Made by a program: the position numbers and the translations under genes. Source: an uncultured delta proteobacterium (GTDB taxonomy: Bacteria; Desulfobacterota; Deferrisomatia; Deferrisomatales; JACRMM01). Taken from it: a stretch of DNA of 64,000 bases. Within the stretch, counting starts at the first letter, position 1. The number at the start of each line of letters is the position of its first letter. The notes beneath the pieces are model-generated. The model was given only the letters and a program-made list of their open reading frames with translations. It did no database searches and was not told where the DNA came from. Below, piece after piece: positions 1 through 7,934 of the stretch. The stretch spans positions 16,619 through 80,618 of the forward strand of contig CAVPOV010000015.1 in NCBI GenBank assembly GCA_963707045.1, given 5' to 3'.

Positions 1-357
1 GTAGCGCCGCTCGATGACGCGGGCCACTTCCGACTTGAGTTCCTGGAGGTTTCCGGACTTCACGACGTAGGCATCGGCCAGCCACGAGGCGAAGTCGTCC
101 TTGAAGGACCCGTACGCAGTCGAGAGGACCACGGGCAACTGCCGGTGCACCCGCGTGACCTCCTGGAGCACCTGGAGTCCGCTCTCTCCCTTCAACTTGA
201 TGTCGAGCACCATGAGGTGGACCTCATGGTCCGCCAGCGCCTTCCGGGCGGAGGCGCCGTCCGGCGCGCACAGCACGCGGTACCCCTCTTCCTCCAGTTC
301 GGCGCGGTAGAGCGCGCGGATGCTCTCTTCGTCGTCCACGACCAGGATCGTGTACAT
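1..357 (-). CDS. Response regulator receiver protein (3' end outside window)
   Basis: Manual translation MYTILVVDDEESIRALY...LMVLDIKL...LSTAY...YVVKS has the receiver DD, D, T and K residues. SD AGGGAGG lies upstream of the ATG at 357. Missing from the ORF track because it runs off the edge. Confidence 0.9.
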   Translation of the reverse strand, partial: MYTILVVDDEESIRALYRAELEEEGYRVLCAPDGASARKALADHEVHLMVLDIKLKGESGLQVLQEVTRVHRQLPVVLSTAYGSFKDDFASWLADAYVVKSGNLQELKSEVARVIERRY

Positions 358-395
358 CCGCTTCCTCCCTCCGACGGCAGTCCCGAAGCGCCCGC

Positions 396-423
396 ATCAT
401 AACATCCGAGCCCGGCGGATCAA
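396..423 (-). promoter_or_regulatory. Candidate sigma70 promoter for the receiver gene
   Basis: Minus strand TTGATC-N16-TATGAT with an extended -10 TG. Confidence 0.45.
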
Positions 424-447
424 GCGCGCCACCACCCGTACAGGAAC

Positions 448-475
448 GAGGGCGGCCCCCCGAGGGGCCGCCCTC
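448..475 (-). terminator. Terminator-like hairpin after the TRAP SBP gene
   Basis: 12-bp perfect stem GAGGGCGGCCCC/GGGGCCGCCCTC with a 4-nt loop. The U-tract is weak. Confidence 0.55.
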
Positions 476-492
476 CCGCCTTGCCGGCGCCC

Positions 493-1607
493 CTAGAGGC
501 GCACCGCATCCATGAAGGCGCGCTCGGACACCTTGGCCCACGGTTCCACCTGCGACCGGAACGCCCTGTACGCCTCGTAGACCTTCTTGCTCTCGGCGTC
601 GGAAGCGGCGAGTTCCTCGAGGACCTCCCCCGAGAGCTTCCGCAGCCCCTCCAGGACCGCGTCCGGGAAGCGGGTCAACTGCACCCCGTGCTGCTCCACC
701 AGTTCCTTGAGGGCGTTGCCGTTCTTCGCCTCGAACTCGGAGAGGGTCCACATGCTCGAGCGCCAGCCCGCGGTTTCCAGGATGGCCTGGAGGTCCTTCG
801 GGAGGCTGTCCCACTTGTCCTTGTTGACGAGGATCTCGAAGGTGGTGCCGGGCTCGTGCCAGCCGGGGTAGTAGTAGTACTTGGCGACCTTGTAGAAGCC
901 CATCTTGAGGTCGTGGTACGGGCCGACCCACTCCGTGGCGTCGATCACGCCCCGGTCCAGGTTCGTGTAGATCTCGCCCCCCGCGACGAGGACGGTGTTG
1001 CCACCGGCCTTGGAGACGACCTTCCCCCCAGGCCCGGGATGCGCATCTTGAGTCCCTTCCAGTCCTCCATGGACTTGATCTCCTTGCGGAACCACCCTCC
1101 CATCTGCACGCCGGTGTTCCCGCCGGGGATCGGGAGGATGTTGAAGGGGGCGTAGACCTCCTTCCACAGGTCCCAGCCGCCGCCGGCGTACAGCCAGGCG
1201 TTCATCTGCTGCGACGTCAGGCCGAAGGGGATCGCCGAGAAGAACTGGGCGGCGGGCACCTTCCCCGCCCAGTAGTAGGAGGCCGCGTGCCCCATCTCCA
1301 CGGTGCCCTGGCGCACCGCCTCGAACACCTCCAGCGCCGGGATGAGTTCCCCGCCGCCGTAAACGTGGATCTTCAGGCGCCCGTCGCTCATCTCCTCGAC
1401 CCAGCGGGCCATGTGCTCGGCGACCTCTCCCAGCACGGGGAACTTCGGGGGCCACGTCGTCGCCAACTTCCACTCGTACACCTTCTTCGTCACCACAGCG
1501 GGAGCCTGTTCCTTCTTCGGCTCCTCCGGCTTGGAGCAGCCCGCCAGGGTCGCCGCCCCGGCCGCCGCCGCCAGACCCGCGTTCTTGAGGAACTCCCGTC
1601 GCTCCAT
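493..1607 (-). CDS. dctP: TRAP transporter substrate-binding protein (DctP/TakP-like) with Tat-type signal; one frameshift near 1024
   Basis: MERREFLK...LAGC signal, WKLATTWP, GGNTGVQMGGW and GLKMRIPGLGG; continues in another frame as KVVSKAGG...IDATEWVGPYHD...YYYPGWHEP. The break is at a G homopolymer. Confidence 0.9.
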
Positions 1608-1717
1608 GGTCGCCCTCCTCTTCTGTGGGTTGGAAAAACGAAGGAAATCGAGCACGCCACGGATACTCGACGGCTCCCGGGAAGTCAAGGCCCGCGCGCT
1701 GTTGTCGCCCGAAGCAC

Positions 1718-2983
1718 CTACCGGGACGGTCGGCTGTCCCGCGTCAGCAGATACACCGCGGAGCCTAGGGCAAGGCTCCCCGCCAGGAGCCCGAAGGCCG
1801 CCCGATAGTCGCCCGGCCGTGCCTCGAGGACGGCCCCGACGGCCTGCTGCATCAAACCGGGCCCCGACATGACGAAGAAGTTGATCGACGTCACGGCCGT
1901 CCCGACGAGTTCCGGCGGCAAGGACTCCTTCATGTGGGCGTAGAGCAGCGTGCGGAAGGCCGAGAAGAAGCCGAGAGCGGAGAACAAGGCGATCCAAGCG
2001 GCCGGCCCGGAGGGCGTGCCGAATCCGACCAGGGGGAGCAGGCAGAGCAACGCCAAGCCGTTGCCGATCGCAACCACCCACTTGCGCGAACGGAACACCC
2101 GGTCCGAAAGCCACCCGGCGGCCACGCTGCCCACGGCCCCCGCGGCGCTCAGGCCGAGCAGGGCGTTGCCGGCATGGATCCGATCGAAGCCGATCTCCTC
2201 CATGAGGTACGGGCCAGCCCACAAGCCCTGGAGACTGGCGACCGAAGCGTAGCCCACGAGCGCCAGCGGAGCCGTGCACCAGAAGGTGGGCGATGCCGCC
2301 ACCCGGAGGAGTCCGCTCCACCTGCCGCCGACCGCCATTGGCGCCGTGCCGCAGCCGTCCGGCCGGTCCTGTACGGTCGCCCACACCAGGACGCCGGCAG
2401 CCCCGGTGAACAGCCCGACCAGCGCGAAGGTGCCGCGCCACCCCAGCCACCCCACCAACCCCGCCATGGGCGTCGCCGCGAGGAGCGCGCCGACCATGCC
2501 CAGCGAAAGGATCATCCCGGAGAGGGTTCCGAACCGGCCCGCCGGGAACCACCTCGCGATCAGCGTGAGCGCCCCCATCAGCACGGGCGACATGCCGACC
2601 CCCATGAGGACGCGGGCGGCCACGAGGGTCCGAAGGTCCTGGCCCGCGGAGAAGAGAAGCGCGCCGGCGGCGCCCAGGAAGACCCCGAGGATCACGATCC
2701 GCCGGGCTCCGAAGCGGTCCAGTGCGGGCCCCAGCGGGATCTGCGCGAGCGCGAAGGCGTAGAAGAACGCGGCCCCGAGAAGCGAGAGTTCGCCGGCGTC
2801 GAGGCCGAACTCGCCGGCCAGGTCCACGGCGATCAGCGCAGTCGAAACGCGGTAGAAGTGGGAGAAACAGTAGGTGAAAGCCATGACCGAGAAGACGGCC
2901 CAGGCTCCGCGGCGCTGATCCAGGGTCGGCTCCTCCTCGACGCAGGGTGGGAAGACGCTACGCACCCGGGGTGCAACCGTCAA
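1718..2983 (-). CDS. MFS transporter (start uncertain)
   Basis: About 12 hydrophobic segments; motif A GPALDRFGARR and its repeat GWLSDRVFRSRK. Confidence 0.9.
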   Translation of the reverse strand: MTVAPRVRSVFPPCVEEEPTLDQRRGAWAVFSVMAFTYCFSHFYRVSTALIAVDLAGEFGLDAGELSLLGAAFFYAFALAQIPLGPALDRFGARRIVILGVFLGAAGALLFSAGQDLRTLVAARVLMGVGMSPVLMGALTLIARWFPAGRFGTLSGMILSLGMVGALLAATPMAGLVGWLGWRGTFALVGLFTGAAGVLVWATVQDRPDGCGTAPMAVGGRWSGLLRVAASPTFWCTAPLALVGYASVASLQGLWAGPYLMEEIGFDRIHAGNALLGLSAAGAVGSVAAGWLSDRVFRSRKWVVAIGNGLALLCLLPLVGFGTPSGPAAWIALFSALGFFSAFRTLLYAHMKESLPPELVGTAVTSINFFVMSGPGLMQQAVGAVLEARPGDYRAAFGLLAGSLALGSAVYLLTRDSRPSR

Positions 2984-3183
2984 GAGGCGGACCCGCGGGG
3001 GAGTCGGTTCGCGGCGAACGGGAGGCTACTGCGCCCCCGCCCGGTTCCCCGCGATGGAGGTTCGCCCTTCAGAACCGGCGGCTCCGGTCGATCAGTGAAC
3101 CGGACGCACCACAGGGGCGTGCCGACCCGACTCCGGTGGGTGGGTGCGTCGAGCGGGCGGCTCCCCCGACCCAGGAAGCGCCG

Positions 3184-5043
3184 ATGATCTTCCCCCTCAC
3201 CCACGCCGACGATCCGGTCCGTACGAGGCCGTGGTTCACCTACGCCCTTCTCGCCGTGTGCGCCGGCGCGACCCTGCTCGCCCACTGCGGGGCCGAGCGC
3301 CGGATCTCCCGAGGCATGGAGACCCTGGACCGGGCGCTCGAGTACCACGCATCCCGCCCCTACCTGAGCCTCGACCCGCGCCTGGTCCCGCTGGCCCCCC
3401 ACCTGGGAGACTCCTCCGCGCCGGCACCACGAAAGTTCCAGGCGCTGGAGCAGGTGGAACTCGACGGGCTCACGCGGGCCGGCTTCGACGTCCTGTACCG
3501 CACGCCGCAGTGGCGTTTCGGAGTCGTGCCCGTGCAGGAGCCCTCCCCGGGGCTCGTGACCCACCTGTTCCTCCACGCCGGCGTGGTCCCCCTCCTCCTG
3601 AACCTGCTCCTCGTCTTCGTCGCGGCCCCCTTCCTGGAGGAACTGTGGGGGCCGGCCCTGGTCGCCGGGTTCTGCGTGACGGCGGGGATTCTGGGGGCCG
3701 GGGTGTTCGCCGCAGCCCACTCCACGCTGGACGCGTCCTTCCTGGGCCTCTCGGCCGTCGCGTCCGCCATGGTCGGCGCCCTGGCCGTCCGGCGCTGGGG
3801 GCAGAGGCTGCGCTTCACTTACTGGCTTGGCCCCGGGAGGACCGGCGCTCTCGCCGCACCGGCGCCGACGATCCTCGGGCTCTGGGCACTCCGCGAAGCC
3901 CTCGCGATGGTGTTCCCCGACGTGATCGCGCCCGGCAGCCCCCCCCGCTCGGCCGCGTACTGGGCACACCTCCCGGCCTTTGCCCTCGGGGCCGGGGCGG
4001 CGTTCGCCGCCCGCCGCTGCCGGTTCGAGGAGCGCTACCTGGGCATCCCCTTCCCCGACGACGCCGAAGAACCGGAGGGCCCGGCCGTCCCCCGGGAAGG
4101 GTTCGCCAACGGCGAAGCCGACTGGCCCCGCGCCTGGGCGGAGGCGGGTAAGTACCCTGACGAACCGCGGGCCGTGCTCGCGCTGTGGGACCTCGCCACG
4201 CAGCTCGGGCGGGTACGGGAGGCGGTGCCCCTGCTGGTTCGGCTCTTCCGCTCCCAGGTGCAGAGGGGGGACTTGAGCACCGGCCTCGCGGTCTGGAAGC
4301 GACTCCGGGAGGGCCACACCGACGTGAACGTGCCCTTCCCGGTCCTCGCCCAGTTCGCGGAGCGCCTGCAGGACGCGGACGACACCGAGGTACTCGAGGA
4401 CGTGCTGACGGCGGCGGCGGAGCGCCCCGACGGGGCCGAATCCCCGTCCGCCCTCCTCCGCCTCGGCAGACTGGCGACCGGGAAGAGGCTCGACCGCTTC
4501 CGGGCGACGATCCTGGCACGGCCCGAGGTTCCCGCCGCGGTGCGCGCGGAGGTCGCCGGCTGGGACGGGTCGTCGGGCCCGGAACGACCTCGTCGCGCCG
4601 AGCCGTCCGGCACCGGACCGTTGCGGAACGTCCGAATCCTGCCGGCCGTTCCGGTTGCCCTGGCGGACGGGGTTCTCACGCTGAGCTTCGGCCAGAGCGG
4701 CGAGAAGAGCGTTTCCCCCGGCCGGATCCAGGGGGTCGCGGCGGCCCGGGTGGGCGCGGACTCCGACGGTTACGCGCTCCTCGACCTGCTCCTGACCCCG
4801 GGCGCGGCGGACCCGCCCGGCCGCACGCTCCTGCGGCTGGACGGCCGGCGCTTCGACCCACGTACCCTCGTCCCCGCGGAACCCAAGGAAGAGGACGCCC
4901 TATTCTCCCTGGCTGGCGAACTGGTCGCTTCCAGCTCGGCCACGTGGCTCGTGGGTTCCGGGATCGGGCAGCTTCCTCGGTACCCCTCCCTTCGGGACTA
5001 CGAGGCGTCCCTGCGCGGCGCCCTGGGGCTGCCCGACGACTGA
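3184..5043 (+). CDS. Rhomboid-family intramembrane protease with long C-terminal extension
   Basis: MIFPL...PWFTYALL, THLFLHAG...N, LEELWG, GLSA and AYWAH motifs, followed by about 330 aa of soluble helical sequence. Confidence 0.8.
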   Translation: MIFPLTHADDPVRTRPWFTYALLAVCAGATLLAHCGAERRISRGMETLDRALEYHASRPYLSLDPRLVPLAPHLGDSSAPAPRKFQALEQVELDGLTRAGFDVLYRTPQWRFGVVPVQEPSPGLVTHLFLHAGVVPLLLNLLLVFVAAPFLEELWGPALVAGFCVTAGILGAGVFAAAHSTLDASFLGLSAVASAMVGALAVRRWGQRLRFTYWLGPGRTGALAAPAPTILGLWALREALAMVFPDVIAPGSPPRSAAYWAHLPAFALGAGAAFAARRCRFEERYLGIPFPDDAEEPEGPAVPREGFANGEADWPRAWAEAGKYPDEPRAVLALWDLATQLGRVREAVPLLVRLFRSQVQRGDLSTGLAVWKRLREGHTDVNVPFPVLAQFAERLQDADDTEVLEDVLTAAAERPDGAESPSALLRLGRLATGKRLDRFRATILARPEVPAAVRAEVAGWDGSSGPERPRRAEPSGTGPLRNVRILPAVPVALADGVLTLSFGQSGEKSVSPGRIQGVAAARVGADSDGYALLDLLLTPGAADPPGRTLLRLDGRRFDPRTLVPAEPKEEDALFSLAGELVASSSATWLVGSGIGQLPRYPSLRDYEASLRGALGLPDD

Positions 5044-5273
5044 CCCCGCCGCCACATCCTCCCTGCCCTCCCACGCGTCACCCCCGCTTCCGCCGGGCCG
5101 GATAGCCGAACGGTTCGCCAAATGGAACCGTTCGATCCCTTGCACCCAGGATTTCCTCGTGCAAACTGGGAAATGAACGAGGCGGAGCCGACGGCGCAGG
5201 CGGTGGCTCATCCGCCGCCGAGCCGCGCTTGGCCAAGAGCCGGCTCGGCGGGCGGGAGAAGGGAGGAGCGGAC

Positions 5274-5681
5274 ATGAAGCGATGGCTTGGGGCGGCGCTC
5301 GTCCTGGCTGCGGTGACCGCGGCACTCGGCCACGCCCCGGCGGTCGCCGGGCGGGAGGACTTGCCGAGGCTCTCTCCGGAGGGCCTGAGCAACGCCCCCA
5401 GGGTCGTAGTGGTGGACGTGCGCCAGGCGTTCCACTGGGAGTCGAGCGAGGCACAGATCGCCGGGGCACTTCGGGAGGACCCGGGCGAGGTAAAGGCCTG
5501 GTCCGCGAAGTACGAAGCGGAGCAGCCCATCGTCGTCTACTGCTCGTGACCCGGTGAGGCCACGAGTGCCCGTGTGGCACGCCAGTTGATCGAACTCGGC
5601 TTTCGCGAGGTCTTCGTCCTGGAGGGCGGCTGGCCGGCTTGGCACGGCGCCGGCCTTCCCGTGGAGCCGAAAGGAATCTGA
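5274..5681 (+). CDS. Exported rhodanese-like selenoprotein (UGA at 5547-5549 read as Sec; 135 aa)
   Basis: Signal peptide, then VVDVR...IAGA...IVVYCS-TGA-PGEATSARVARQLIELGFREVFVLEGGWPAWHGAGLPVEPK. The rhodanese fold continues in frame past the TGA. Confidence 0.9.
5547..5585 (+). promoter_or_regulatory. Putative SECIS element
   Basis: Hairpin GTGCC-CGTGT-GGCAC (5566-5580) with a G/U-containing loop that starts 21 nt after the UGA. Confidence 0.7.
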
Positions 5682-5837
5682 AGTTCGGACCCGGACGACG
5701 GCCAGATCGGACTCCGCCTCCGCGCCGAGGCTCCCGGCCCAGTGGGTATGCCTCGGAACGGCTGGCCTCCCATCCCCCGCCTTCCTGTACAATGCGCGCG
5801 CATTTCCCCACGGCTCCCAACCCCAGGAGTGCCCCGC

Positions 5838-7586
5838 ATGTTCCGGATCCGGCGCGTCTACGACCCCACGCTGCCCTCCGACCAGGACGCCGTCTCCCAG
5901 GTCCAGCGCATCCTGCAAACCCAGTTCTCGCTCGTGGACGAGGCCGACGTACGCAAGATCCCGGCGCAGATGCTCGACCCCCTCAAGTACCGCTTCCGTG
6001 CGGTCCTCTTCGTGGCCGAGGACGGGCGCCAGGTGAAGGGCTTCGCCCTGCTGCTGCACGCGCCCGACCTCCGCTTCGCCTACCTCGACTTCATCAGCGC
6101 AGCGCAGACCCGTACCGGGCGGGGAATCGGCAGCGCGCTGTACGAGAGGGTGCGCGAGGAGGCCCTGAGCCTGGGCTGCGAAGGCCTGTTCTTCGAGTGC
6201 CTCCCCGACGACCCGGCGCTGTGCCGTGACCCCGCCACCCTCAAGCAGAACGCGGCGCGCCTGCGGTTCTACGAGCGCTACGGGGCGAGGCCCATCGCCG
6301 GAACGAAGTACGAGACTCCGTTGAAACCCGGGGACGACTGCCCCCCCTACCTGGTCTTCGACGACCTGGGGCGGGGTGCGCGGCTGCCCCGCGACCGCGC
6401 CCGCGCCGTCGTCGAGGCCATTCTCGGTCGAAAGTACAAGGGTGTGTGTCCGCCCGAGTACAACCGCATGGTCCTCGAATCCTTCGTGGACGATCCGGTC
6501 CGCCTGCGCGATCCCACCTACCCCCGGGGCGAGGCGTCGATCCCCGTGCGGCACGTGCCGTCCGTGGACCGCAGGATCGCCCTGGTGGTCAACGACCGCC
6601 ACGAGATCCACCACGTCCGCGAGCGCGGGTACGTGGAGGCGCCCGTGCGCATCAGCTCGATCCTGCGAGAGGTGGAGAAGACGGGGCTGTTCGAGCGCCG
6701 GGAGCCCTCCCACTACTCCGAGAAGCACATCCGGGCCGTCCACGACGGCGACTTCGTCGACTACCTGCGCAAGGTGTGCGCCCACGTGGCGCCGGGCACC
6801 TCGGTCTACCCCTACGTCTTCCCCCTGCGCAACGCCGCGCGCCAGCCGACCGAACTGCCGGTGCGGGCGGGCTACTACTGCATCGACACGTTCACGCCCC
6901 TCAACCAGAAGGCCTACGAGGCCGCGAAGCGCGCCGTGGACTGCACCCTCACGGCCGCCGATGCCGTTCTGCGGGGCCACCGCTTCGCCTACGCCCTCGT
7001 CCGTCCCCCAGGGCACCACGCGGAGCGGCGGGCCTTCGGTGGGTTCTGCTACTTCAACTCGGCGGCGGTCGCCGCACAGTACCTGGCCCGCCTCGGGAAG
7101 GTGGCGGTGCTCGACGTGGACTACCACCACGGAAACGGCACGCAGAGCATCTTCTACGAGCGCCCCGACGTGCTGACCGTGTCGCTCCACGGCCACCCGC
7201 GCTTCGCGTACCCCTACTTCACGGGCTTCGCCGACGAGAAGGGCTCGGGCCCCGGTACCGGGTACAACCTCAACATGCCCCTGCCGGAGAATCTCTCCCC
7301 GGACGCCTACCGGGAGGCCCTGGCAACCGCGCTCAAGCGCATCACCCGCTTCGCGCCCAAGATCCTCATCCTCGCCCTCGGCCTCGACACCGCCAAGGGC
7401 GACCCCACCGGCACCTGGAGCCACTCGGCCAAGGACTTCGCCGCCATCGGCCGGATGGTCGGCGCCCTGCGGCTGCCGACGCTCGTGGTCCAGGAGGGCG
7501 GCTACCGCATCCGCTCCCTCGGGGTAAACGCCCGAAACTTCTTCGACGGACTCTGGATGGGGGCGTTCGGGCGCAACCACGGCTAA
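5838..7586 (+). CDS. GNAT acetyltransferase - Zn-dependent deacetylase (HDAC/acetylpolyamine amidohydrolase family) fusion
   Basis: GNAT motif A RTGRGIGSALY and RFYERYG; HDAC motifs RPPGHHA, GGFCYFN, LDVDYHHGNGTQ, GLDTAKGDP and QEGGY. Confidence 0.9.
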   Translation: MFRIRRVYDPTLPSDQDAVSQVQRILQTQFSLVDEADVRKIPAQMLDPLKYRFRAVLFVAEDGRQVKGFALLLHAPDLRFAYLDFISAAQTRTGRGIGSALYERVREEALSLGCEGLFFECLPDDPALCRDPATLKQNAARLRFYERYGARPIAGTKYETPLKPGDDCPPYLVFDDLGRGARLPRDRARAVVEAILGRKYKGVCPPEYNRMVLESFVDDPVRLRDPTYPRGEASIPVRHVPSVDRRIALVVNDRHEIHHVRERGYVEAPVRISSILREVEKTGLFERREPSHYSEKHIRAVHDGDFVDYLRKVCAHVAPGTSVYPYVFPLRNAARQPTELPVRAGYYCIDTFTPLNQKAYEAAKRAVDCTLTAADAVLRGHRFAYALVRPPGHHAERRAFGGFCYFNSAAVAAQYLARLGKVAVLDVDYHHGNGTQSIFYERPDVLTVSLHGHPRFAYPYFTGFADEKGSGPGTGYNLNMPLPENLSPDAYREALATALKRITRFAPKILILALGLDTAKGDPTGTWSHSAKDFAAIGRMVGALRLPTLVVQEGGYRIRSLGVNARNFFDGLWMGAFGRNHG

Positions 7587-7934
7587 GCGTCTGGAGCAAT
7601 CAGCCCGCCTGTCGCTTCCAGACTCGGACTCCGCCGCACGTGGAGGCCAGGCGAGGAGAGAAAGTGCGGCAGGGCCCCAGGCAAAGGGTACTGCCCGAGT
7701 TCCGCGTCACCGTGACGCCGATGGCGGCCCCCGGTGGGAGCAGCGAACTCGGGCAGCGGGAGGCATACCGGGGCTGGGAGCGCTCGAGGCGGTTCCGGTC
7801 GTGGGCCGCGCCAACGCAGGGGTTCGCCGCCGCCGAGGCCCCGAGGCGAACGAGCCTCACGGGACGGCAGACAGAAGCAAGGGGGCCGGGGTCACTCCGC
7901 CGACAGCATTGCAGCCGTCAGCACCCTGGCGGCC

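Noticed and set aside
1021-1030. Phase-variable G tract in dctP
   Set aside because: The run is only 6 nt and one missing G restores the frame, typical of a homopolymer error.
5100-5200. c-di-GMP-I riboswitch
   Set aside because: GCAAAC is present, but the GAAA-capped stem and GACGCAAAGC elements are missing.
5208-7580. Long antisense ORFs (also 9171-11807, 29557-31764, 35494-37500, 48927-51098)
   Set aside because: These are shadow frames of real genes in high-GC DNA, with no motifs and Arg/Gly/Pro-biased composition.
7587-7934. RNase P or SRP RNA
   Set aside because: Only fragments resemble the consensus (GAGAAAGT, GGGAGCAGC); the conserved cores are absent.
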